Source: a virus (lineage: Duplodnaviria > Caudoviricetes). From it: 64,000 nt of DNA. The stretch is taken from the IMG/VR virus record IMGVR_UViG_642973512_000001, positions 68,563 to 132,562 of that record; one strand, written 5' to 3'. This document shows positions 19,794 to 28,867 of this stretch, piece after piece. Position numbers and translations under genes: made by a program. Under the pieces are notes generated by a model. It saw only the letters and a list, made by a program, of their open reading frames with translations. It was not told the origin of the DNA and made no database searches. Position 1 is the first letter of the stretch, and each line of letters begins with the position of its first letter.

Positions 19794-20417
19794 ATGGCAT
19801 ATGAAGTAGAAGGAAAAGTAGTTAGTACTCTTAAGGAACTATCTGAAGTATTGGGAGAGAAAGTCACTAAGAAAGATCTAAGTGAGGGTGGTAAGTTCCA
19901 TGATGTAGTGTCTTTGGTTGATGCTGATGATGAAACAGAAACAGAAACTGCACCTCAGGAAAGCAAAACTTCTGATGAGGAAAATGACCATGAAGACCAA
20001 GAGGTCTACACAGCTTTAACAGAAGAAGATTTTGCCAACCTTGAGGAAGTAACTGAAGAGGAGATCAAGGAAGGTCTACCTGAGTTTAAGGAGCTTGATG
20101 AGCTAAAGGATTTTATCAAAGACCTTGATACTAACACTCTGGAGTTCATGGCGGCAGGACTGGGTCTTACTTGGAACCCTACTTATCACAAGAACATTCA
20201 CCGCATGCGGGTGGCTATGTCGTTACAAAGATACTTCTTCCCAGAGAAGTTTAAAAAGACACCTAAAGAGACTAAAGCTAAATACGGTGATTACAGTACT
20301 GATGAGCTGTTTAAGATGGCTGAGGAAAATGGAATTGAGGTTAAGCGGAAAGGGAACGAGAAGATTGACCGCCTACAGGTTATCAACAAACTTAAGAAAT
20401 CCGGTCAATTGCAATAA
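19794..20417 (+). CDS. Acidic protein with Rho-N-like helical domains, partly paralogous to gp27
   Basis: AAGGAG RBS; 'W..TYHKNIHRMRVAMSL' resembles gp27 'W.DYNSPNITRMRLIMAL'. Confidence 0.75.
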   Translation: MAYEVEGKVVSTLKELSEVLGEKVTKKDLSEGGKFHDVVSLVDADDETETETAPQESKTSDEENDHEDQEVYTALTEEDFANLEEVTEEEIKEGLPEFKELDELKDFIKDLDTNTLEFMAAGLGLTWNPTYHKNIHRMRVAMSLQRYFFPEKFKKTPKETKAKYGDYSTDELFKMAEENGIEVKRKGNEKIDRLQVINKLKKSGQLQ

Positions 20418-20536
20418 GGAACATCACCTAGGGGTCCCTCATAGGGATTCCCATTTTTTATCCATTTTTATGGTACAAGACATACAGAAAAAGAGTCAGT
20501 AAGACGAATACCTAGTAATTCTCATGAAGGAAGCAC

Positions 20537-20565
20537 TTGCCAACCAAGGAAAATTATGTAATAAT
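20537..20565 (+). promoter_or_regulatory. Early sigmaA promoter driving the gene 28 operon
   Basis: TTGCCA-17-AATAAT upstream of the PC4-like gene and gene 28. Confidence 0.65.
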
Positions 20566-20619
20566 TTGTTCAGGGCAAGAGGAACAGCACCCAGTAGAAA
20601 GAAGGAGGAGAGGGTCAAT

Positions 20620-20886
20620 ATGAAGATCACAGACAAAGAAGGTAAGGTAGTATTAGAAGTTATCAAAGAGGTAGGGGTCCTTGACACATCTGCAACACAG
20701 GAGCTTAGAGTAAACATTGTAAAAGACGACAAAGGAAGAGTAAGAGTAGCTATTCAAAAGTTCTGGAGAAAACATAAGGATGAAGAGTGGAAGGTTGGTA
20801 AAGGTCTATTTGTAACTGGAAGAGACGCAGTAAATTTAAGCCCTTTATTGGAACAAGCGGGCAACGAGATTATACACATTAGATAA
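20620..20886 (+). CDS. PC4/YdbC-like ssDNA-binding protein
   Basis: 'VAIQKFWR...EWKVGKGL' PC4-type motif; GGAGAGGG RBS. Confidence 0.65.
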   Translation: MKITDKEGKVVLEVIKEVGVLDTSATQELRVNIVKDDKGRVRVAIQKFWRKHKDEEWKVGKGLFVTGRDAVNLSPLLEQAGNEIIHIR

Positions 20887-20951
20887 GACAAGCAACATGG
20901 GGGAACTGCGGTTGGAAAGAGACAAAATTAAAGCCGGAGGAGAAAAAGAAA

Positions 20952-21629
20952 ATGGTAGAAAATGTAACGTATTCAGAGGATGGTCAATTACTGAAACTGA
21001 AATGGGAAGATGTGTACGAACAATTTAAAAATCTCATCACATTTGCGGCTAGACAGCAGATGGAGAACAATGGAGCAGACACCATGATGTCTAGGCAGGA
21101 CCTAGAGCAGGAGGGTCTACTAAAACTGTATGACTGCTGGGAAAAATGGTGCTTCAAAGAGAATAAAGACATGGATGAGTTCGGTCCCATCTTCCGTAAA
21201 TCCCTATTTAGAAAAGTAAAACAAAGTGGGGGAACTGGTAGAGCACTTGGCTTTGTGGCTATTGATGATGAGGACAACCCCTTAGAGAACATGCTCAAAG
21301 ACGAAAACACAGTGGATGTTGTAGAGAAAATACACTTTTCAGAGGGTCTAGAAAAGCTCAAAGAGACATTAGAAAGTGATATCGCAAAATCACTGCTAGA
21401 GGAACTTATCAATCCTAGTGACCAGACCATTTATAACGTGTTGATTGATATTGAGCGTAAAAAGATGCTTAAGTCACAGGGTCATAGGGTTAATGTGCCA
21501 AAAGATACAACAGTACGCATGAAGCATATTGTCCAAACACTAGGCATATCCAACAAGCAATATGACTCAGCTATTGAAGAAATTCGTGAAGCGGCTCACT
21601 ATCTACACTATCTAGGAGTACTAGGATAA
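20952..21629 (+). CDS. 28: Phage sigma factor gp28 (middle transcription)
   Basis: Region 2 'QDLEQEGLLKLYDC'; sequence and order (28 then 27) match my recollection of SPO1. Confidence 0.88.
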   Translation: MVENVTYSEDGQLLKLKWEDVYEQFKNLITFAARQQMENNGADTMMSRQDLEQEGLLKLYDCWEKWCFKENKDMDEFGPIFRKSLFRKVKQSGGTGRALGFVAIDDEDNPLENMLKDENTVDVVEKIHFSEGLEKLKETLESDIAKSLLEELINPSDQTIYNVLIDIERKKMLKSQGHRVNVPKDTTVRMKHIVQTLGISNKQYDSAIEEIREAAHYLHYLGVLG

Positions 21630-21633
21630 GTAC

Positions 21634-21664
21634 AGGAGAAAAAACATAAACAGAGAATTTGTTT
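21634..21664 (+). promoter_or_regulatory. gp28-dependent middle promoter of gene 27
   Basis: Perfect consensus AGGAGA-18-TTTGTTT. Confidence 0.8.
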
Positions 21665-21698
21665 TATTTGAGAGAATTAGGAAAAGGGGAGAGTACAA

Positions 21699-22166
21699 TT
21701 GTCAATCACAGCCATGGATGCCAAGTTACAAAGAATCTTAGAGGAGAGTACCTGCTTTGGTATTGGTCATGATCCAAATGTAAAGGAATGCAAAATGTGT
21801 GATGTTAGAGAACAGTGTAAAGCAAAAACACAAGGCATGAATGTTCCTACACCAACTCGTAAAAAACCAGAAGATGTTGCTCCGGCTAAAGAGAAACCTA
21901 CAACTAAGAAAACAACCGCTAAGAAGTCTACAGCTAAAGAGGAGAAAAAGGAAACAGCTCCTAAGGCTAAAGAGACAAAAGCCAAGCCTAAGTCTAAGCC
22001 TAAAAAAGCTAAAGCTCCAGAAAATCCTAATCTTCCTAACTTCAAGGAAATGAGTTTTGAAGAGTTAGTAGAACTTGCAAAAGAGCGTAATGTGGAATGG
22101 AAAGACTACAACAGTCCTAATATCACACGTATGAGACTGATTATGGCATTAAAAGCTTCATATTAA
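21699..22166 (+). CDS. 27: gp27, needed for replication and late transcription; Zn-binding N-terminus, Lys/Ala/Pro linker
   Basis: 155-aa basic protein immediately after gene 28; C..H..CxxC motif and Rho-N-like C-terminus. Confidence 0.8.
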   Translation: MSITAMDAKLQRILEESTCFGIGHDPNVKECKMCDVREQCKAKTQGMNVPTPTRKKPEDVAPAKEKPTTKKTTAKKSTAKEEKKETAPKAKETKAKPKSKPKKAKAPENPNLPNFKEMSFEELVELAKERNVEWKDYNSPNITRMRLIMALKASY

Positions 22167-22207
22167 CATAAAGAAGGTGACCCTCATGGGGTTGCCTTTA
22201 TTTAGGA

Positions 22208-23077
22208 GTGGAGAATATAATGAGTATAGAGAGAAAACCCATAAAGTTTAGAAACCCTATTCAACTAGAGTATTGCACTTGTTGGGGAACAAAAGTAGTT
22301 TCTTACAATTCCAAACCCTTTCTAACCTTAACTGACCAAGCCAGCCTAACTCAGTTAGAAGAGTATATTCAGCAGGTCCCGTTTAGTACAGCCATGTATG
22401 TGACTTATGATGAAAATCAAGGTTGGGAGAAGATCAAACTTTTCCTTTCAAAGAAACTTCCAGTCTACGTAAAGACTTATGAATCTCTCCCACGGGAAGT
22501 TGTGGGTTTACTGAAGGAATCACAGCACTCTGCTGTTAGTCTTGAAGTTGCTGATTTCCTTGAACAAGACATTCCAGACGCTAGAAAAATGCTACATGAG
22601 CTAAAGTCATGGGGAGTCTCAACTGTATTGGAAGTCTCTTATATTGCCTATGAATCATTACTGGACACACTAGTATATATAGAAAAATTTAAAAATGTGG
22701 TGGGGCACGTAACAGTACACTTACCAGATGTAGCTGATGAGGATGTTCCTAGTTACCAACAACATCGTATGAATAGTTACTATAACCCTTGTGTGGAAAC
22801 TAGATCATGGGTTATGAAAGAGGATTATAAAAAGGTGGTTAATGAGAAGGTGTCTTCGTACCTAGAGACAAGAAAGATTAAGTTTGAGGAAGGGATTTCA
22901 GTAGACTCTGAAGACCGAGTCAGGCATATATCTTCTGTAGGCTCTGAATCTCCTTTTGGTCTTCCTGAGTTCATTTACAAGAACACGGGAGAAGGGTTTG
23001 AGGAGTATATCAATCCTTATAGGGATTCAGAAGAAGTAACTCTCGGTAACTGTCCAAGATGTGGAAAATTGTTATAG
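22208..23077 (+). CDS. Hypothetical protein
   Basis: 289-aa ORF with phage-like codon usage; C-terminal CPRC. Confidence 0.75.
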   Translation: MENIMSIERKPIKFRNPIQLEYCTCWGTKVVSYNSKPFLTLTDQASLTQLEEYIQQVPFSTAMYVTYDENQGWEKIKLFLSKKLPVYVKTYESLPREVVGLLKESQHSAVSLEVADFLEQDIPDARKMLHELKSWGVSTVLEVSYIAYESLLDTLVYIEKFKNVVGHVTVHLPDVADEDVPSYQQHRMNSYYNPCVETRSWVMKEDYKKVVNEKVSSYLETRKIKFEEGISVDSEDRVRHISSVGSESPFGLPEFIYKNTGEGFEEYINPYRDSEEVTLGNCPRCGKLL

Positions 23078-23089
23078 GGGGTAAGAAAA

Positions 23090-23233
23090 TTGCATGAGTA
23101 CAAGAAACCTGTATTGAGGAAAAACAAGTTCAAAAACTTATCAAAGAACGACTGGAAAGAGGCAAATGAACAGTCCAAAAAAGATCGGGGCATCCATGGA
23201 GTGACTTACCATAGTGTTTACCGAAGTAATTGA
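23090..23233 (+). CDS. Small hypothetical protein (47 aa, not in ORF track)
   Basis: GGGGGT RBS then TTG; reads MHEYKKPVLRKNKF...; stops just before the terminator. Confidence 0.5.
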   Translation: MHEYKKPVLRKNKFKNLSKNDWKEANEQSKKDRGIHGVTYHSVYRSN

Positions 23234-23239
23234 ATATAA

Positions 23240-23266
23240 AAAGAGCTAGGGAATCCCTAGCTCTTT
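23240..23266. terminator. Bidirectional terminator at the convergence with the leftward cassette
   Basis: AAAGAGCTAGGGA-A-TCCCTAGCTCTTT perfect hairpin with A/T flanks. Confidence 0.85.
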
Positions 23267-24081
23267 GCCATTTTGCCAAGTAAGTCTTTTAAATCACTGT
23301 GAAAGCCGAACCTGAATTTCACGCTCATGTCTTTTGTATATTCTGTGAGCGCTTTCACCCTTTTTGTTCGCCCCTCCTCAGTTAGGAATAGTACTCGTGG
23401 AAAGACTGGAGAACCAAATACACCCGCCCATTTTTCCCTTATCCATGCTTTGGAAGCATAGTATTTCATGTACGAATCAATCTTCTTTTTTACATAAGGC
23501 AAGTCTTCAGTGCCTAAATCCACTTCCACAAAATACATATATCCCTTTTTGTTACAAGATATTAGAAAAAAGATGTCTGGTATAATCTTTGTATCCCCAA
23601 AGGTCAGAGCCTTTTCCGTCTGGTACAATAACACTTTGCCTCCTAATTCACTTACAGTTTTCTTTATAAGGCATTCATAGTCATTTAGTTTAACTTTGTG
23701 TTCCCAGCCTAAAGGCAGACTCTTGACACCATTTTTGGTACTAATGGGTTTGCTATAATTTTCAAGTCCTAAAAGTATGGAACCTGCCCTGTCCAAACAT
23801 ATATGTTGCTTACTGCTTCCCTTACCTGGCTCTACAGCAGGATATATTCTATCTATGACGTGTTTATCATAAAGGAGCTTAAGACGCTTATTGAGATAGT
23901 CTGAGCTAGGAAATTCAGGATAAAGCACTTCTATCTGGTCCCTTCTCAGTATTCTCCTATTGTTGTCTATAAGCAACCTTATAAGACCCTTATCTCTTTC
24001 TGTGACGTTCTTACAATTCTCTCTCACCCATTGTTTGCTTACCTGTTTCACTTCTGGTCTATGATACTTACGATTAGTCAT
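23257..24081 (-). CDS. Replication-relaxation (Replic_Relax) family protein
   Basis: 'TERDKGLIRLL..LRRDQI..L....RLKLL' wHTH start, 'H', 'IPDIFF' and 'FVEVDLGTE..KK..Y..Y' PD-(D/E)XK-like motifs; GGAGGGTG RBS before ATG 24081. Confidence 0.82.
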   Translation of the reverse strand: MTNRKYHRPEVKQVSKQWVRENCKNVTERDKGLIRLLIDNNRRILRRDQIEVLYPEFPSSDYLNKRLKLLYDKHVIDRIYPAVEPGKGSSKQHICLDRAGSILLGLENYSKPISTKNGVKSLPLGWEHKVKLNDYECLIKKTVSELGGKVLLYQTEKALTFGDTKIIPDIFFLISCNKKGYMYFVEVDLGTEDLPYVKKKIDSYMKYYASKAWIREKWAGVFGSPVFPRVLFLTEEGRTKRVKALTEYTKDMSVKFRFGFHSDLKDLLGKMAKS

Positions 24082-26797
24082 CAAGATCACCCTCCATAAG
24101 CTCCTCATGGTGAAGCAGAAGATCATAGTCAGGCTCTTCTCCCCTGCTAATTTGCCTATCGAAAAACTTATTCATTTCGTGTTCAATCAGTTTCGTGGCT
24201 TGGTGGTCACTCAACAGCTCTTCCTCTATTTCTTTTGATATTTCTCCCTCCCCCTCAGGGCTAACAGGAACGCTAAAGTCTACTTGCTCAAACTCAGCCC
24301 CTGCTTTGTTTTTGTATATCTCTTCCATAACCTCTGTCTTAGGTCTTCCAAGCTCTAGCGCACATTGCTCATACAGGTCATTGTTGTTATGGTAGTCAAA
24401 TAAGTCTTCAGTTCTACCAAGGGATTTAGCCATGAATGCTGGTACAACGTCACCATCTTTACCGTACATTTTTAAACGTATAACTGCATGGTGTTGTGGC
24501 ATGCCTTTTGCAATGTCTTGTATCTTAAACTCAGGCTCGATAACAGGCTTCAACTCCATGAGGTTATCTTCATCCGTCTGGAAGATGACGTAGTGAGGAC
24601 CAGATTTTCTAACAATCTTTGGTAAGTCTCTGTCTGCTTCCTTAAGTTGTTGCCAGCCATGGAACAGTAGATTTAGACCACATCTATACTTTCTGAATCT
24701 AGTAAGCATATTTCTCCACTTTTCACTACCTTTAATATAATGGTCAGGTTCATCCCAAAGGGCAAAACATGGTCTTCTTTCATCTTCCTCCACCACATCT
24801 TCTCTGCTTATCATTGCTAGGTTGAATTTTGATATAGCAAAGGACACCAAGGCTGTTTGAAGAGTTTCTCCCAGTGACTCATTTGCTTTAACAAGTACTA
24901 GATATCCCTCATCCATCCACTTTCTGAAGTCTACTAGATAGTTGCCCTCTTCATCCTTTTTTGGTCTTTGTAGGATAAAGTTTTTAAGTGCCTTCTTCCT
25001 CATAACAGGTGACAATCTCCTAAAAGCTTCATCATATATGGTTCTACGTTCTTCAGGCTTCATAGAATTATGGTAGTATTCCCAGTCATTTCTAAGCTCT
25101 GGGTCTTCAATCCCTTGGATGGCTTTCTCTCTGTAGTCAGCATTATTCAGCATGTTTTCTACATCCTGTAGTACAGCATCAGCAGAAGTGTATACTACTT
25201 TTATAGCATTTTCAACCCACTGTCTGCTTCTCATGTTCAACGGAGTACCTGACACCAACTCTATATAAGACAATAGCTCATCTACAATTAAGTCTTCAAC
25301 AACGTCTGTATTTCCTCCCCGGAATATCTCATTCCACCCTAACCCTACTGGATTCTCAGTGTTTAGGAAATCTATGATTTTTACCTTGTGTCTTAGCTCA
25401 GGCTTCACCCTGTCCAAAATACGTTGTACCATCTTACCATCAGCAGCATCTACAGCAAATACCCCATATCCTTTGTTGAAGGCTTCTAGGGCAAAATTCT
25501 GTGCAAAAGTTGTCTTACCTGTACCCGGTTCCCCAATGATGACCCTTGGCATACAAAGTAAGTTGTTATTTTTAGCCGTAAAATATACAGTTTTCTCAAT
25601 CCCATCAGTGTCCTCATATTTAGCAAAGGGAATACCACCATCATCCACAAATATTTCTTTTGGTACCTCAGATTCCCCTCGATGCTGAACCAAGCTAAGC
25701 TCATTGTAATGCTCTATCTGCGCTTTTTGGTCAGGGACATTTATAATTTTTGATAGCTCAAGGGAGCACAGTATGTCTCCGTTGATCTTTACTTTCATCT
25801 TTCTGTCCCGAATCAACTTTACCGCCTTCTCAGTGTGCTTAGAGGGCACTACTTTGTCCTCTAGTTTATTGTCACCCTCCAAAGGATCAAAGCCGGAAGC
25901 CATAGCCCTACTTATTGATTTACGCCTGTGATCATCCTTGGACACTGACAATACCCGTATCTCTGTTTTAAAACCGTCACTTTTAGTCTTCTCTCGTGTA
26001 CTTCTGTTAGTGGTGTCTAGTTCACCGTTTGTGCCTTTACTTTCTTTCATAGTATCATCATTTTTCCATCCAGGTATTAGGAAATCCCCTACAAAGTTCA
26101 CTACTTCCTCAGTGACCACTCCAATGGCGTACAACAGCTTTTGTACAACTTCCCCTTTTGTAAGAGGTTTTCCTTTCTTACGTGGGACATTTGCTCCTTT
26201 CTTGATACTGCCATAGCTTTCTCTAGACTGCTTATTCCACTCATTACTAACAGGTCTCATCCCAATCTGAAGTAGAGCTAAATCGTCATCTTTTAGGTAG
26301 TGTTTCGCATTTAGAAGAGAGTCTAAGGGGGAATAATGCGTAGAGGTTGTATTGAGAGATAACACTGAATTATACTTTAGAGTCAGATTAGTAACCTCCG
26401 CATCCTCAGCATCAAATTCAGGTAAGTAGTCTATGTCCATTTCCTTGACACTAGATTGCTTCCAAGTTTTCATAATCTGTCTTTTTATACTATTTTTGAT
26501 GTTGTCTTTGTCAGGCACAACTATGCAAAATCTTATACTCTCTTTGTATAGAAATACCTCCCACCATACATCAAGTTCTGGTTGTATGGTGACCTTGTAT
26601 CCTGATAGAGATATACGCTGTGATAAAGGCTTATATAGTCTAGAAAACTCTGATATAAGCCATTTTACTTCCCTGTTAGAAGTCATTCGGCTGGGAATGA
26701 CCTCCAGTAGGCAATATTTAACTTTCTCTAGTTCAATAACTCTAGATATTTCTTTTGTTGCTTGATTAACAAAGTTAATGCGCTCTACAGTCATCAC
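24074..26797 (-). CDS. Large VirD4/VirB4/FtsK-HerA superfamily ATPase (coupling-protein-like)
   Basis: Walker A GEPGTGKT, Walker B 'ALWDEPDH', 'RFRKYRCGL..HGWQQL' arginine-finger region; one hydrophobic segment in the N-terminal half. Confidence 0.82.
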   Translation of the reverse strand: MMTVERINFVNQATKEISRVIELEKVKYCLLEVIPSRMTSNREVKWLISEFSRLYKPLSQRISLSGYKVTIQPELDVWWEVFLYKESIRFCIVVPDKDNIKNSIKRQIMKTWKQSSVKEMDIDYLPEFDAEDAEVTNLTLKYNSVLSLNTTSTHYSPLDSLLNAKHYLKDDDLALLQIGMRPVSNEWNKQSRESYGSIKKGANVPRKKGKPLTKGEVVQKLLYAIGVVTEEVVNFVGDFLIPGWKNDDTMKESKGTNGELDTTNRSTREKTKSDGFKTEIRVLSVSKDDHRRKSISRAMASGFDPLEGDNKLEDKVVPSKHTEKAVKLIRDRKMKVKINGDILCSLELSKIINVPDQKAQIEHYNELSLVQHRGESEVPKEIFVDDGGIPFAKYEDTDGIEKTVYFTAKNNNLLCMPRVIIGEPGTGKTTFAQNFALEAFNKGYGVFAVDAADGKMVQRILDRVKPELRHKVKIIDFLNTENPVGLGWNEIFRGGNTDVVEDLIVDELLSYIELVSGTPLNMRSRQWVENAIKVVYTSADAVLQDVENMLNNADYREKAIQGIEDPELRNDWEYYHNSMKPEERRTIYDEAFRRLSPVMRKKALKNFILQRPKKDEEGNYLVDFRKWMDEGYLVLVKANESLGETLQTALVSFAISKFNLAMISREDVVEEDERRPCFALWDEPDHYIKGSEKWRNMLTRFRKYRCGLNLLFHGWQQLKEADRDLPKIVRKSGPHYVIFQTDEDNLMELKPVIEPEFKIQDIAKGMPQHHAVIRLKMYGKDGDVVPAFMAKSLGRTEDLFDYHNNNDLYEQCALELGRPKTEVMEEIYKNKAGAEFEQVDFSVPVSPEGEGEISKEIEEELLSDHQATKLIEHEMNKFFDRQISRGEEPDYDLLLHHEELMEGDLDD

Positions 26798-26806
26798 TAA
26801 TACCTC

Positions 26807-27028
26807 CTATTTACTGAAGATATGCCATAAAGGTCCCTCTAACTGGAACCAGTTATCAATACTAACAGATTCCCAGAAGTACTCTTTTATACTGTCTCTT
26901 GATCCTGCCACTATACCCACTAAAATGTCTATCAGAAATACTACTCCTTTTGCAGGAAGAGCAGGAAATGTAAAAGCCACACCAACATATATCGCAGAGT
27001 ATATTAAGGACTTTTTATTTAATTCCAC
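26807..27028 (-). CDS. Small membrane protein
   Basis: GGGGAGGGG RBS then GTG; two hydrophobic segments. Confidence 0.7.
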   Translation of the reverse strand: MELNKKSLIYSAIYVGVAFTFPALPAKGVVFLIDILVGIVAGSRDSIKEYFWESVSIDNWFQLEGPLWHIFSK

Positions 27029-27161
27029 TAGATATCCCCTCCCCTATAAGCTCTCCAATAAGTAATCCTAATTCATAACCAAGGTGTGGGACTACTGTTT
27101 CAAGTAATCCCAACACCATTAGTGTCTTTAATATAGATAAAGCCATTCTTAGTATCGTCAT
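27015..27161 (-). CDS. Small hydrophobic protein (48 aa, not in ORF track)
   Basis: GAGGTG RBS; MTILRMALSILKTLMVLGLLETVVPHLGYELGLLIGELIGEGISSGIK. Confidence 0.65.
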   Translation of the reverse strand: MTILRMALSILKTLMVLGLLETVVPHLGYELGLLIGELIGEGISSGIK

Positions 27162-27163
27162 AG

Positions 27164-27310
27164 TTACACCTCAAATAAAAAGGCTACAGCAATATTAACT
27201 GCCGTAGCCAAGATTTTAATCGTGCCCATCCCAATAGTCACAATAACTGCCGAAGCCCCATAAATAAAAGCCTTACCCTTTTGCTCTTCGTTCAATTTGA
27301 TGTTAATCAT
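27164..27310 (-). CDS. Small membrane protein (48 aa, not in ORF track)
   Basis: AGGAGG RBS; MINIKLNEEQKGKAFIYGASAVIVTIGMGTIKILATAVNIAVAFLFEV. Confidence 0.7.
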   Translation of the reverse strand: MINIKLNEEQKGKAFIYGASAVIVTIGMGTIKILATAVNIAVAFLFEV

Positions 27311-27329
27311 GATGTGTCCCTCCTAGTTA

Positions 27330-27755
27330 TTATAAACCAAAGGTGATGTTGTCAAGAGCTTTATCTAAGTCGGGTCCATTATCGTCTTCAGTAACCTCAG
27401 TTGCTGTAATCATTGGTGGTTCGTCAAGGTCATCAGGTGTTACTTCAGTAACAATATTGTCTTCCTTTGGGATTACCTTTGTGATGCTATCGTCTTCCTT
27501 TTGTGTTGCCGTTGTTTCACCTTTGTCTTTCTTAGGTAATACTTCTGAAACACTAATGTCTCTCTTTCGTAGTACTCCTTCTCCTACCTGAAACTTAGGC
27601 TTAGTAACCTCTTGACTAACTAAGCCCAAAGCAACAGCGTATTCTGTGATAGCTGATCTAATGAAAAGAGACTTTTCTCCTTGACCCATTGAATCCAGTA
27701 GATCATCCATCCACTCTGTAGACCTTGTAGTCTTGAAATTATGTTGTTTAGCCAA
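27330..27755 (-). CDS. ParR-like adaptor (N-terminal ribbon-helix-helix-like domain, acidic tail)
   Basis: Overlaps the parM stop; strand-helix-helix pattern 'QHNFKT..WMDDLLDSM..KSLFIRSAITEY'. Confidence 0.6.
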   Translation of the reverse strand: MAKQHNFKTTRSTEWMDDLLDSMGQGEKSLFIRSAITEYAVALGLVSQEVTKPKFQVGEGVLRKRDISVSEVLPKKDKGETTATQKEDDSITKVIPKEDNIVTEVTPDDLDEPPMITATEVTEDDNGPDLDKALDNITFGL

Positions 27756-28767
27756 ACTTACGCACTCCCCATTTGTAGTACCCGTTAGCCACCGCCCATT
27801 GTGTATCTTCCAATATTTCAGCTGTAGGAAACTTCTCTTTGAGCCACTTAGACCAAGCCGCTCCAGTACCCCCAGCGATTAGAACCTTGTCTATTTCCTT
27901 AGAGTTGGCTTTCCATCTGTTTAGCACTTCAGTTACAAGTTGTGTAGATGCACTACGGAAAGCCCACTGTATAATGGCTGTAAGGTCATATTGTTTGCCC
28001 TCCACACGATAGTATTTGTTACTGACAGCCTTCTCCAGTTTGTAGTGAGCCAGACTAATTCCTGTTTGTTCTTCTATTTTATTTGCTATGAGATCATAGG
28101 CAAAATTCATTGCAGTTGGCGTTGAGAATGTAAGACGCTCAATCGGCGATAGGCTTCGAGACACATAGACATCCGTAGTCCCAAATCCAGGGTCAATAAC
28201 TGCTACTGTTTGCTTTGCTAGTTCTTTGTCAGCTATGTCTCCATCTTTGTCTAGAATTCTGTCTAGGAGGGCGCCAAAAGGCTGTGGGATGAACTCTGCT
28301 TCTACAACCTTAGCGGACCCCTTGATCTGGTATCCCTTAGAGGTAACGTCAAAGTTATGGATTTTATAGGACCCATCGCCAACAAACAACTTTTTAATCT
28401 CTTCTTGGTACTTAGAGTAGTGACTCACAGGTAAACCAGAAACTATCTTAGTTTCCACATGATCAGAGCCAAAACCCAAACCAAACGCAGTCAGTACTAA
28501 CTGCTTAGTAACTTCATTGGAGAATCTATCTGCTTCTAAAGAATGCAGAACAACATCTGATTGGTTGATGGCTAGATCAGATACAAAGTTAACATCCAAC
28601 CCTGTTTTAACAGTGATATTGTCCTCACTATTGTTCATGCCAAAGTCTAGATTTTGAAAATTTTGTTCTCTACCATTTCCTACTACTGATTTAAACTTAA
28701 CTTGCTTACCATCAATAATAGCTTTTGTATAAAGGAAACCGATGTCAATTGCGCTAATGTGTGTCAT
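27748..28767 (-). CDS. parM: ParM/StbA family actin-like ATPase
   Basis: Phosphate-1 'IDIGFLYTK', 'SGLP', 'PQPFGA', phosphate-2 'IDPGFGTTD' and adenosine 'AGGTG' motifs. Confidence 0.9.
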   Translation of the reverse strand: MTHISAIDIGFLYTKAIIDGKQVKFKSVVGNGREQNFQNLDFGMNNSEDNITVKTGLDVNFVSDLAINQSDVVLHSLEADRFSNEVTKQLVLTAFGLGFGSDHVETKIVSGLPVSHYSKYQEEIKKLFVGDGSYKIHNFDVTSKGYQIKGSAKVVEAEFIPQPFGALLDRILDKDGDIADKELAKQTVAVIDPGFGTTDVYVSRSLSPIERLTFSTPTAMNFAYDLIANKIEEQTGISLAHYKLEKAVSNKYYRVEGKQYDLTAIIQWAFRSASTQLVTEVLNRWKANSKEIDKVLIAGGTGAAWSKWLKEKFPTAEILEDTQWAVANGYYKWGVRKFG

Positions 28768-28867
28768 AATAATCCTCCCTGTAGTGAAATCACAGAAATA
28801 AACAACCCTGAGGATAATTTTTCTCTTGGCTATTCATATTCAGTTGTCAAAGAACAGTAAATCCATA

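Noticed and set aside
28768-28867. parC iteron array upstream of parM
   Set aside because: Only a short TGAATA duplication is visible, not a regular array.
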